Source: Macrostomum lignano (Eukaryota). From it: a stretch of DNA of 64,000 bases. The notes under the pieces were generated by a model that ran no database searches, was not told the origin of the DNA, and saw only the letters and a list, made by a program, of their open reading frames with translations. Location of the stretch: NCBI GenBank assembly GCA_002269645.1, contig NIVC01001497.1, positions 186,001 to 250,000 of the forward strand, given 5' to 3'. The position numbers and the translations under genes are program-made. How positions within the stretch are numbered: position 1 is the first letter of the stretch; each line of letters begins with the position of its first letter. Below are positions 1-16,127 of the stretch, piece after piece.

Positions 1-1289
1 GATCTCCGCAGCCCGTCGCCGACTCCTGTAGCCTCATCTGGCGAGTTTCGCTCACAAGCATGTTGATGAAGTTGGCTGCAGATTTAGCAGCCGCACTGTC
101 AGTCAGTCCCTGCAGGCTGCAGTGAAAGAAGAAATTTATACAAAATTTGTTGCAAGATTAAAGCAGAATATGTCCCTCCCGACTTAAACACAGTGAAGAA
201 TTCGCAAGCGCGGGTTTAAAGTGTCAGAAGATTTCAGTATTTGCAGTGCAGCAATTCTAAGAAAGCTTCAGATGCCTTGCAACAGATAAGCTTGGAGAGA
301 GGCTGTGCAGTTTTGTCGGCTCTGCCATTTGCCACTGGACAGACTAAAGGAAAAAGCACTTGAATACTTAGGGCGAGGGATCTAGATAGAAAATTTCCCA
401 ACAGAATTGCCGATTGCTTATCCCCATTCTGCCCTCTCGGCCAGCTAATTGGATGAGGGGGAGGCTGACCCGAGCTGAGTGCTGGCCGAAAAAAGGGATA
501 GATAAAATATGCGCGCACAATACTCATGGGAGGCGGCCTTGCGGTTGTCTGCTTTAGATATGAGAGCATGAGAGCTATCGGAGATGGAGCTCAGAATCTG
601 CCCCAATCGGACTCATACACCGATAGCGATAGCATTATTCAGTCAGACTCCGACTTGAGCAGAGTGGCTTCTTTATCAACTGGTCCTGGCTTCTTCTAGG
701 AGCAATTTCTGTCTAGTCGGTGGCAGCCGGCCAGTCCAGACAGAACTCAATGAGATTCAGTCTGGGCCAGACGGGAGGCTGGAATTAAAGGACAAACTGG
801 CTTGGGGAGCAGCCGGCCTACCCGGATGCAATTTATATAGGAGAAGAGAAACTTTCCCCCTCAGTTTTTATCCTATTTCGACTTTAACTTGAGTTGACTT
901 GAGTTGAGTTGAGTGGCCTCTCAAACGTCTCCTTTCTGTCCCAGTTCGAGGAAGGAGAGAGGGAGAGAAAGCAAAACGAATAAACGTTCTCAGTCTCTTC
1001 CAACAGCTCCAGTGCTGTAGCAAACGAGTTTCCAATTCTTTCTACTGTTAAAGCTTGAGCCAAGATGGGTTCGGAGCCCTCTTCTTGCAGAAGCAGACGC
1101 AGGCCAGAAACGTAAAGCATATAATTTTGCGTTGCTGGGCAGGAAATACCAATCTCAAAGCCATCAGTATGGGGAGATTCTGGGGGATCAGGCAGGCACG
1201 CCTGGCTTATCAACCAGGGATTTTTGTCCCCCCCCAAACCCTCACTGTCATGAATAATTTTGCACAGCAGTTGCAGGTCCTGTTGGTCA

Positions 1290-1912
1290 TGCCCTGGGTC
1301 TGCTCTGGGTCTGCTCTGAGTTTGCTCTGGGTCTGCTCTGGGTCTGCTCTGGGTCTGCTCTGGGTCTGCTCTGAGTGTGCTCTGGGTCTGCTCTGGGTCT
1401 GCTCTGAGTGTGCTCTGGGTCTGGTCTGAGTGTGCTCTGGGTCTGCTCTGGGTCTGCTCTGAGTGTGCTCTGGGTCTGCTCTGGGTCTGCTCTGAGTGTG
1501 CTCTGGGTCTGGTCTGAGTGTGCTCTGGGTCTGCTCTGGGTCTGCTCTGAGTGTGCTCTGGGTCTGCTCTGGGTCTGCTCTGAGTGTGCTCTGGGTCTGG
1601 TCTGAGTGTGCTCTGGGTCTGCTCTGGGTCTGCTCTGAGTGTGCTCTGGGTCTGCTCTGAGTGTGCTCTGGGTCTGCTCTGAGTGTGCTCTGGGTCTGCT
1701 CTGAGTGTGCTCTGGGTCTGCTCTGAGTGTGCTCTGGGTCTGCTCTGAGTGTGCTCTGGGTCTGCTCTGAGTGTGCTCTGGGTCTGCTCTGAGTGTGCTC
1801 TGGGTCTGCTCTGAGTGTGCTCTGGTCTGCTCTGAGTGTGCTCTGGGTCTGCTCTGAGTGTGCTCTGGGTCTGCTCTGAGTGTGCTCTGGGTCTGGTCTA
1901 GGTCTGCTCTGG
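1290..1912. repeat. 11-bp minisatellite (TGCTCTGGGTC / TGCTCTGAGTG variants)
   Basis: Direct tandem periodicity of 11 nt; generates the RADP/HSEQT ORF-track artefacts. Confidence 0.95.
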
Positions 1913-2224
1913 GTGTAGCCGGTTGTTCAGCTTGACCTCGAATCTGACCAAAAGGGTGGGGCTCCCGACTCGGAGCTGTGCAGTGCACCAAGCGAGAGAG
2001 GGAAGTGCGATCCTCTACCGCCTGGAGGCGAGGGCGAAGCCGGAAGTAGCTGCTGTTTTAATCGCTGCCGGGAGGGGCATTGTGAAGGAACTTTTGCTCT
2101 TGCACAACAAAAACTAAAGGGTGAACATCCGGGGGGCATGAATTACTAAGTTGAGAGTGCTGGCTGGACTGATTATGATGCACCGGTTTTTATTGACAGC
2201 GATTAGTGTGACTGAAGGAAGAAG

Positions 2225-2660
2225 TAGCGGTGTCTGCTGAGTGACTGAGAGAAGGGGTAGCGGTGTCTTCTGGGTGACTGGGAGAAGGGGTAGAGGTGTC
2301 TGCTGAGTGACTAGGAGAAGGGGTAGCGGTGTCTGCTGAGTGACTGGGAGTAAGGGGTAGCGGTGTCTGCTGAGTGACTGGGAGAAGGGGTAGCGGTGTC
2401 TGCTGAGTGACTGGGAGTAAGGGGTAGCGGTGTCTGCTGAGTGACTGGGAGTAGGGGTAGCGGTGTCTGTTGAGTGACTGGGAGTAGGGTTAGCGGTGTC
2501 TGCTGAGTGACTGGGAGTAGGGTTAGCGGTGTCTGCTGAGTGACTGGGAGAAGGGTTAGCGGTGTCCGCTGGGTGACTAGGAGAAGGGGTAGCGGTGTCC
2601 GCTGGGTGACTAGGAGAAGGGGTAGCGGTGTCCGCTGGGTGACTTTGAGAAAGGGTAGCA
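2225..2660. repeat. 33-34-bp minisatellite (TGCTGAGTGACTGGGAGAAGGGGTAGCGGTGTC)
   Basis: About 13 tandem copies visible. Confidence 0.93.
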
Positions 2661-3424
2661 GTGTTTATTATTTCTCAGGACTTGTAAACTTGCAAAGGTA
2701 GAGAAAGTTTTGGTGTGAAACATCTCCCTTGTGCTTGGACTCTCCCCGCCTTGTACGCAGCTTCCTAAACCTCATCAGCCGTGACCAGGATTGAATTAGG
2801 AGGCTTTCATCGGACAGAAAGAGCGCTACTTCAAACAACTGGGTGACAGAAACACAGCAGTGTAATTCAATTCCGTACTGAGCCAGCGAAGAAGCCCTTC
2901 CGAGGTAAGTTATAGTTGAGAAGAAAAAAGTTGGGTGGGATGTCAAGGGACAGACCCTGAGACGGCGCAGTTTTGAAACCCGGAACTGCTCTCAAAGTGT
3001 TGCTGAGTGTCGTGCACTACCGTACATTGTGCACTTTCACTGGATAGTTTCTCTCAATCCGATGTCTTTGACTTCTCTTACCCTGCTTATCTCTACTACC
3101 CCCCTCAAGCCGGTCGCTGATTGGCTGGCTGTTGAATGTACATTCGCCCAAGGACCATTGTATATAACACGGCATAAAAATTAAAGATCGTGTAAATCTT
3201 TAGGAGGTCGATTTCCTGGAAAAATACACTGAGTAGATAGGAATAATCACTTTTTCAATCACAAAATTAATGATTTTGTTTGATCTAGGCAGTGAAGTTA
3301 CCGTATTTATATCTTAATATAGCTGCTGGAGTGAAAGTTTCTTCTCATATTGTTTTCTTTTTATTTCATAAGCCTCAAGTTGCAAATACTCATCCTCGTT
3401 GTCTGCGAGGAGAGAGGTGGATGA

Positions 3425-4125
3425 GAAGAGAGGAAAAGAGAGGAGAAGAGAGGAGAAGAGAGGAGAGGAGAGCAGAGAGGAGAGGAGAGGAGAGGAGAGG
3501 AGAGGAGAGGAGAGGAGAGGAGAGGAGAGGAGAGAGGAGAGGAGAGGAGAGGAGAGGAGAGGAGAGAAAAGAGGAGAGGAGAGAAGAGAGGAGAGGAGAG
3601 AAGAGAGGAGAGCAGAGAGGAGAGGAGAGGAGAGGAGAGGAGAGGAGAGGAGAGGAGAGGAGAGGAGAGGAGAGGAGAGGAGCGGAGAGGAGAGGAGAGG
3701 AGAGGAGAGGAGAGGAGAGGAGCAGAGAGGAGAGGAGAGGAGAGGAGAGGAGAGGAGAGGAGAGGAGAGGAGAGGAGAGGAGAGAGAAGAGGAGAGGAGA
3801 GGAGAGGAGAGGAGAGGAGAGAGAGAGAGGAGAGGAGAGGAGAGCAGAGAGGAGAGGAGAGGAGAAGAGAGGAGAGGAGAGGAGAGGAGAGGAGAGAGAG
3901 AGGAAAGGAGGAGAGCAGAGAGGAGAGGAGAGGAGAGGAGAGGAGAGGAGAGGAGAGGAGAGGAGAGGAGAGCAGAGAGGAGAGGAGAGGAGAAGAGAGG
4001 AGAAAAGAGGAAAGGAGAGGAGAGGAGAGAAGAGAGGAGAGAGGAGAGGAGAGGAGAGGAGAGAAGAGAGGAGAGGAGAGCAGAGAGGAGATAAAGGAGA
4101 GGAAAGTAAGGGAGAGGAGAGTACT
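3425..4125. repeat. (AGAGG)n polypurine microsatellite
   Basis: Pentamer repeat; the ERRG/SSPLL ORFs are artefacts. Confidence 0.97.
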
Positions 4126-4749
4126 GTGAAATCCTGACACGGATCAAATAAGCCATGCTCGCACAGCAACAGTTAGGGAGCAAACAAAAGCCTAAAGCTT
4201 ACCTGTTAGACCGCACGCTAGCTGGTGAGTGCAGATTCTAATGAAGTTGGCGGAAAGCTTGGCACCAGGAAGAGCTAATATAAAATTAGCTAGAACAGGG
4301 CTTTTGCCAGTAACGGTTTTGCTGATTCAGACAAACTCTCTGCGCAGTTATAATAGCGCCTTTTCCTGTGCAGAAAGCGGCGCTACTACATGTGGCTACA
4401 AATAAAATTTGCAGGAGCAAATCTGGGTCAAGCGAAGCCTGCGAGCCGAATAAGACCCCGGACTGCCCCGTGGAAAGAGGCGAGGCAGAGAAGATCGAGA
4501 GTCAGCCAGTGGCGAACGGATGCGTGGGCAAGGGGGAGGATTGGAGAAGTCTTATTTGGGGAGTTTGGATGGTAAGAGAGGGATGCCTGCTATAGGGGGG
4601 GGGGGGGGGCTCCCCCACACAGAGCTAAATTTAGAAGTTGGCGTCACAGAATTTTTTGGCTCGATTCCAATTGGCTTGAATGGCCTTGATGGCGGAAATA
4701 TTGAAGCCGGAGCTTTGGAGAGGGTAACAGTAGGGTAGGGTAGAGGGTA

Positions 4750-5078
4750 TGAAGGATCAGAGAGGATAGCGGTGCCCGCAGAAGGATCAGAGAGGATAGC
4801 GGTGCCCACAGAAGGATCAGAGAGGGTAGCGGTGCTCACAGAAGGATCAGAAAGGGTAGTGGTGTCCGCAGAAGGATCAGAAAGGGTAGTGGTGTCCGCA
4901 GAAGGATCAGAGAGGGTAGCGGTGCCCACAGAAGGATCAGAAAGGGTAGTGGTGCCCACAGAAGGATCAGAAAGGGTAGTGGTGTCCGCAGAAGGATCAG
5001 AAAGGGTAGTGGTGTCCGCAGAAGGATCAGAAAGGGTAGCGGTGTCCGCAGAAGGATCAGAGAGGATAGCGGTGCCAT
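4750..5078. repeat. 30-bp minisatellite (GAAGGATCAGAGAGGGTAGCGGTGCCCACA)
   Basis: About 11 tandem copies; shares GGGTAGCGGTG core with the 33-bp array at 2225. Confidence 0.93.
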
Positions 5079-6112
5079 TAGAAAGACCCCCCCTCCCCAG
5101 TAAATAGGCAGACCAATCAAACTAGTGGTTAGTCATGGTCTCGCTCTCCCAGATGAAACGGCAGAATTCTTGTCGACTATCGATTAGTCAGTCAGTCAGT
5201 TGGTCCAGTTGGACAAGTCGCCTCGGCCATTAGCAAAAGTGCATACAGCAGAATATATACGCTCGTACGAATCCTATCATCCGAGACGATGATGGCTTAG
5301 AGAAAGAAAGTCTTCTTAAAGTGCACCCAGACTATTTTATACGGCCAGTCTGGAGAGCGGAAGGCTAAGGAAAGTTGAACAATCCTACGCAATAGATAAC
5401 AGCAATTGGTTCTCATATTCCCAACTGCACTCTTAAGTACAGACTTAAGTACAGTAGAATTTGTAAAGTACATCTAGAACTTGTGAAATCTTACAAAAGA
5501 GATGAGTGTTTTTGCCCTGAGATAAAGAGAGGGGAGAGCGGTATTATCATGATGGCGTTGATGCAGTTTTATGGCCCATTGCCAAATATGGAAATGTATG
5601 TACAAAAGGAAGGCCAATTCGATGATGCAGACTCCTAAACGGCTGTCATTTCAATCTCACAGATTTCTCATAGCAATTTCCCAACCATGGACTGGGGCGC
5701 TACACTTGCAAGTCTGATTTGCTAATGCCAATTTGTCGGCATGTTCTCATGAATAAAGAATTATGATAATGAAACCTGACCAAAGCCAACTAAGCAGCAG
5801 CTGGCAATAGAAAAGGCAACAAAGTAGAAATAATTCGTCAATATTGCTTCGCAGGAGCAGCACAGAGCAGTGGCTTGCTGATCATATTTTTGTAGTATTA
5901 TTTATTTTGTCAACAGGTTTCAATTAATAGCTAAACGAAGTTACAAAATATTGCGCCAACTTGGGGGGGGGGCATGCTGCACTCGGGATCAGAACAGGAT
6001 TATTGAGCATTCGAGTGTGCTCAAGCCACAGTTAGGGCTAATAGTACATTATTAAATATTTAGATTATTAGAATGGCGAAGGCCAGTATGATGGCACGGA
6101 AACTACTCGTAT

Positions 6113-6296
6113 CAGTCAGATCCCAGTTCCGAGTCCCGCTAGCCAGTCAGATCCTAGTTCCGAGTCCCGCTAGCCAGTCAGATCCCAGTTCCGAGTCCCG
6201 CTAGCCAGTCAGATCCCAGTTCCGAGTCCCGCTAGCCAGTCAGATCCCAGTTCCGAGTCCCGCTAGCCAGTCAGATCTCAGTTCCGAGTCTCGCTA
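6113..6296. repeat. 31-bp minisatellite in the oligopeptidase 3' UTR
   Basis: CAGTCAGATCCCAGTTCCGAGTCCCGCTAGC x about 6, starting within about 20 nt of the stop codon. Confidence 0.92.
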
Positions 6297-6312
6297 CCTC
6301 GCCAGCCGCTTT

Positions 6313-11339
<5,027 letters not shown>

Positions 11340-11744
11340 GGTAACCACTAGCAGGTTTAGCTTAGGCTGGACGGAGACGGACAGTCGGCAGTAGCGAGCA
11401 GAGCGGAACGCTAGGCGAGAGGAGATTGAAGCGAGCTGCGGGGAGGGCGGAAGATTGGGGGGGGCGTTGTTAGGGAATTTCACCTAGCTCATAAATCATA
11501 GCGAAATCATAAATCATCGACTATTCTGTTCTATCTAGCCGTGTTGAAATGCTTTAGCACTAGACTGATTGATCAACTACATGCATAGGCAGGCGGCGAA
11601 GCAGACGCTGCTGTCTATGTACAAAATTGAGCGCAGCACTGGTTGACCAGCTTACTAAATAAGGATTTATTTTGTGGGAAGCTACGTTGTGGGAAAATAT
11701 GTTAGTCAATGCTGATTATTGGTTTACCACGATTGACTGCGGAA

Positions 11745-11960
11745 CTTAACCCTTACTATAGACCAAGACCTAAGCTAAACTCTAATCTAAACTCAAAACT
11801 GAACTAAACCTAAAAAACTAACTTAAAATGTAACCCTAACCTAAAACTAACCTTAACCTAACCCTGACCTAAACCGAATCCTACCCTAAACCTAACCCTA
11901 ACCTAAAACCTGATCTTAACCTAAACTCTATCCTAAACCATAGTTACGCTCATATTAAAC
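11745..11960. repeat. Degenerate telomere-like (CCTAA/CCCTAA) tract
   Basis: Runs such as TAACCCTAACCTAAAACTAACCTTAACCTAACCCTG; intergenic between SPRTN stop and oligopeptidase start. Confidence 0.75.
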
Positions 11961-12642
11961 CCTTAGGCAGCCAAATTGCTGGCAGTCAGTTGCCATGCCC
12001 CCAATAAAACTATGCAGTACTAAAGAGAGCAAGTAGTTTGTCGGAACCCCTGGTTTCAGTCCATTAGCTTTCAAAGCTGACATCTTAAAGGGGTTTTTCA
12101 AACAAAGCGTTTAACTTCATCAATAAGCTGTGTATGTAAGCAGAGACAAAACTCGGAGAAGTTGACGTCATTGACAAATGGCTTTCTGGCTTTTAGCTAA
12201 TATTTACTTTTTTTATATTGACAATTCCAGTTGGATAATGATCTGTTCTTTCGAATCCGTATAGTACTAATACTCTTCCGAATGCAGTGCTCATTTAACA
12301 CCTTTTCCAAATAGATCTGAAAGCTTTGAAACCGGAAAATAAGAGAAAAACCAAAGCAATACAAGTTGTTAAATAAAGACTAAATTAAAGCCGGCCCTCT
12401 CAAGATATCGCGAAGCTGATAGGGCCAGTTTCGTGTGTTGGTATTGTATTTATAATTGATTGAAAATGCAAAATAGTTTTGAGTTCAGTAGCAATTAAAA
12501 TGCGACAATGATAAGACTCGGTTTATAATAATCATACTAAATCAGGGGAAAGAGGAGAGACCATCACACACATGCAATCGGATAGAAATGCAGCACACCA
12601 ATTCAGGTCACTTATACCGCAACTTGAGGGGGCCGAGGTAGA

Positions 12643-14085
12643 TCAGCTACTCAGGCACAAATCCAAGTGAACATTGATGTCGGACTCTGGCATTTGCCTG
12701 CTGCAAACTGGACAGCTGACCAGCTGCTGGCTGACTGCTCCTATGCTGGCGGCGCCACCGACGCCATTAAGAGTGCCACTGACGCCATTAGGAGCGCCAC
12801 CGACGCCCTTAGGACCGCCATCGACGCCATTAGAAGCGCCACCGAGGCCATTAGAAGCGCCACCGATGCCCTTAAGAGCGCCATCGACGCCATTAGGAGC
12901 GCCACCGATGCCATTAGGAGCGCCACCGACGCCCTTAAGAGCGCCACCGACGCGACTAAGAGCGCCACCGACGCCATTACCAGGGCCACCGACGTTGTTA
13001 TAGCTAGAGCTGCCACCGCTGCCGCCAAGTCGAATGCCGACACCAGGAAACGCGGCATCGGCGGTGCCGACGGCAGCAGACACGGCGGCGCTAACAGAGT
13101 CGGCAGAAGCGACGCAAACGGCGCCATCTGATTCAGCAATAGCAGGTCGCCAAGATTTCGACTCCACAGAACCTACAGAAGGATCTGGGCCGCTGCTAGC
13201 AGGCGAGGCGGGAATGAACTGCCGTATGTCCGTCTGTCCAGCAGCCGGCCGCTTCGCTGGCCGCTCCCGTTGCTCATCTTTGCCGCCGTCGGCAGCCCGA
13301 CTATTCTTCTTAGCCAACGGCTTCTTCTTATCGGCGAATCCTTCGGGCTCCTTGACTTTGACGAATCGGCCGCCGCAGTCGGCCTGATGACTGCGCCACC
13401 AGGTGTCGTTAGGCCCGGGCGCCCGGTTCATGGACCGGCGCACCCAGCCGTGGAATGGCGGCCGGTTCCGGCAGGGCCCCTCGCAGCGCCACCAGTGCTG
13501 CTTGTAGACGGCGACCTCGTCGTGAAAGCTGTGATAGACGGTGATGTTGGTGCCGGCAGCCGAGTTGATGCGGCGCATGTGCGCCAGAAACTGCGGCCCG
13601 TGCCCGTCACGGTCGCGATTATTGGCGGTGACAAACAGGTGCGCGTGAATCATCTCGTGCAGCAGGGTTTCGACTAAGTCGCGTCTGGGCCGCAGTTTGA
13701 GCAGCGGCTCGCTCAGTTTAATGCAGCAGAGGCCGCCGCGGCCCTCGTAGCAGCACAGGCCGGCGCACAGGGTCATGCGGGGGCTCCACTTCACCTCAAC
13801 TGCGACCAGGCTGCCGCCGAAGTAGCGCCCGTTGAAGTCCAGAAACAGGGCGTGCACATTGGGCGTGGGGTCCACCAGCTCCCAGTTGGGGTCCACTAGC
13901 GAGCCGCCCAACTCGTTGCTATTGGCAACGGCTGCCTTGCCTCTCTGCTTCGAGTCATCCTCCTCCTGCTCCTGGGAGGCCAGGCGCAGGCACAGCTCTC
14001 GGTCGGCCGCCTCCGACTGCTGCTCCTCCTGGCGGTCAAGCAGCTCGGCTTCCAGCTGCCACTGAAGCGCCTCTTCTGGGCTCCA
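12643..14085 (-). CDS. SPRTN: Spartan/SprT DNA-protein crosslink protease; single coding exon of 480 codons beginning at a splice acceptor, no genomic ATG
   Basis: SLVDPNWELVDPTP, HEMIH (HExxH), zinc-binding WWRCEGPC...HQADCGG, SHP box FPGVGIRLG, PIP-like QTDIRQFI, C-terminal UBZ4 CPVCSRQMPESDINVHLDLC. The frame is open to acceptor ctctctccaatctcttcag|TGG at 14085. Confidence 0.93.
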   Translation of the reverse strand, partial: WSPEEALQWQLEAELLDRQEEQQSEAADRELCLRLASQEQEEDDSKQRGKAAVANSNELGGSLVDPNWELVDPTPNVHALFLDFNGRYFGGSLVAVEVKWSPRMTLCAGLCCYEGRGGLCCIKLSEPLLKLRPRRDLVETLLHEMIHAHLFVTANNRDRDGHGPQFLAHMRRINSAAGTNITVYHSFHDEVAVYKQHWWRCEGPCRNRPPFHGWVRRSMNRAPGPNDTWWRSHQADCGGRFVKVKEPEGFADKKKPLAKKNSRAADGGKDEQRERPAKRPAAGQTDIRQFIPASPASSGPDPSVGSVESKSWRPAIAESDGAVCVASADSVSAAVSAAVGTADAAFPGVGIRLGGSGGSSSYNNVGGPGNGVGGALSRVGGALKGVGGAPNGIGGAPNGVDGALKGIGGASNGLGGASNGVDGGPKGVGGAPNGVSGTLNGVGGAASIGAVSQQLVSCPVCSRQMPESDINVHLDLCLSS

Positions 14086-14121
14086 CTGAAGAGATTGGAG
14101 AGAGATCTGGTTATGCGAAAC

Positions 14122-14343
14122 TGATAGTATGTAACTATGCTAGTATGTACCTATGATAGTATGTAACTATGCTAGTATGTACCTATGATAGTATGTAACT
14201 ATGCTAGTATGTACCTATGATAGTATGTAACTATGCTAGTATGTACCTATGCTAGTATGTAACTATGATAGTATGTACCTATGCTAGTATGTAACTATGA
14301 TAGTATGTAACTATGCTAGTATGTAACTATGCTAGTATGTAAG
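14122..14343. repeat. 16-bp minisatellite (TAGTATGTAACTATGC)
   Basis: About 14 copies immediately upstream of the SPRTN acceptor. Confidence 0.93.
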
Positions 14344-14363
14344 TATGCAATACCGCAATAGAC

Positions 14364-14663
14364 TAATAATAATTGATTACGCTTGCCCTAAAGGCCAGAT
14401 GTGCAACCGACAGCTCAGTCGCAGCTATCGCGCGGCGCATCTGAAGGCTGCGTACGGCTGTTCAGTCCAAGGACTGGGGGGTCGCCACACACACCCTCAA
14501 TTACCCCAGCCAATGCTGGCACCCATTTTACAGCTGTGTGAACAGAAGCAATGCAGAGTTAAGTGTCTTGCTCAAGGATACAAACTGTTCCAGTGGGATC
14601 AGGAATCGAACCCCCCACCTTCAAGTCGTGAGTCCGACGCTCTGACCACTAGGCTACAACCCC
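14364..14663 (-). mobile_element. tRNA-derived SINE family 1 (CORE-like), full-length copy
   Basis: Minus-strand A box TAGCCTAGTGG, B box GGTTCGATTCC, central CCTTGAGCAAGACACTTAAC...CTGTAAAATGGG, (ATT)n tail; three more copies in the window. Confidence 0.88.
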
Positions 14664-14818
14664 TAGTTGCATGACTGCGATAGACTGCAATAGACTGCAA
14701 TGCTGCAATATATCATTGCATCCAATACACCCTCATTAACTACCTCGATCAGCCTTTATTAACTTGTAACTTACGAATAAAAAATAAATATTGATAACAA
14801 TAACAATCGAGCTGCATA

Positions 14819-16127
14819 CGAGGGTCACTCAGAAAGTTCTTAGCCTGAACACGAAAACAGCAACAAATGAACTAAAAAACGACTACAAGTGCTCAAAATA
14901 CTCTCCACCGGCATTGATACAGGCTTGCATCCTGTGAAACCAGCTGTCGAAGCAATGCCGCCAATCCTCATCCCGGAGCTCCTCGATGATGTTTTTGAAC
15001 TCATTTACAGCTTCTTCCGGTGAAGAAAAAACCTGGCCCTTCAGAATCTCCTTGCACTTCGGAAACAGAAAAAAGTCGCACGGTGCCAGGTCTGGACTGT
15101 AAGCAGGGTGAGTCATCAGCTAACCCCACAGTCAGCCAGAAACTCCAGAGTTTGAGCCGCCGTGTGCGCGCTGGCGTTGTCGTGGTGCAGAAGCACCCCA
15201 CGCATTCCGCACCTTGGGCGCCTCTGGCTCACAGCAGAAAAGACTTTGGGCAGGCAAACCGTTGTGTACCAGTCAGCGGTGACTGTCTGGCGATCTTCAA
15301 GTGAAACGGAAGCCACATGCCCAGTGCGCATGAAGAAACAGGCCACCATCTGCTTGCCGACACTCCGGCTGCGTCGAAACTTTGTGGGGCTGTCCTCGTC
15401 TCCAAAGGTCCACATGGCTGACTGGCGCTTGCTTTCGGGGTCGTATTGATAAATCCAGGTCTCATCGCCCGTGAGGATGTCCCAGATACGCCGGCTGGTC
15501 CCGGATTCGAATTTCTGCAGCATGAATCGGCACCAAGCCACCCTGGTGTCCTTCTGCACGTCCGACAGCTGATGGGGGATCCACCGGGAAGCCAGCTTCC
15601 GCACTCCAAGGTGTTCGTGCAGAATGGCGTGCACACTCCCCGATCCAATACCGATCTCCTGCTGGATCTGCTGGTAGGTCACTCGCCGGTCAGCGGCAAT
15701 CATGCTGGACACAGCGCAGATATTTTCTGGAGTCACTGCGTCACAGGGTCTCCCGGATCGATGTTCATCTTCGAGGCTTTCTCGACCTCGGCGAAACTCA
15801 GCGAACCAGTTTTTGACGGTTGCGTATGAAGGACATACATGGGTGAAAACGTTCTGTAAAGTTTGATACGATTCGGCCGGCGACTTGCCTTGCTTGAAGT
15901 GCAAGTACATCATTGCTCTGAAGTCGCGATTTTCCAGCTTCATTGTTGAATTGAAGAACTCAGGGGTTGAACTGACTTTAACTCGCTGCAGTGGACTCAA
16001 AAGTGGCTGCTTCTGTTTGAAATTTTTGCTGCGATACTTTTAAAAGTTGGTCTTTACCATAGACAAATTTCATGCTTCTACGTCTCGTGGATCCTACTCA
16101 GGCTAAATACTTTCTGAGTGACCCTCG
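14819..16127 (-). mobile_element. Tc1/mariner DNA transposon (DD34D mariner), 1309 bp
   Basis: 30-bp TIRs CGAGGGTCACTCAGAAAGT(TC/AT)TTAGCCTGA with 2 mismatches, TA duplication at 14817-18 and 16128-29, internal transposase. Confidence 0.96.
14883..15943 (-). pseudogene. Mariner transposase with a single 1-nt frameshift near 15120
   Basis: MKLENRDFRAMM start at 15943; RWIPHQL, TGDETW, HDNA and HPAYSPDLAPCD motifs; restoring one base gives exactly 34 residues between the 2nd and 3rd Asp. Confidence 0.9.

Noticed and set aside
2677-2905. Acceptor (ttatttctcag) and donor (GAG|GTAAGT) bounding a plus-strand segment
   Set aside because: Stops in all three frames and no partner exons; a non-coding exon cannot be supported from sequence alone.
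5200-5830. Protein-like reading on the plus strand with a Cys/His cluster (CTLKY...CKVH...CFC)
   Set aside because: Multiple stops and no recognisable domain; at best a decayed fragment.
12086-12110. TTAA-AGGGG resembling a Kolobok/piggyBac-type terminus
   Set aside because: No matching opposite end was found.
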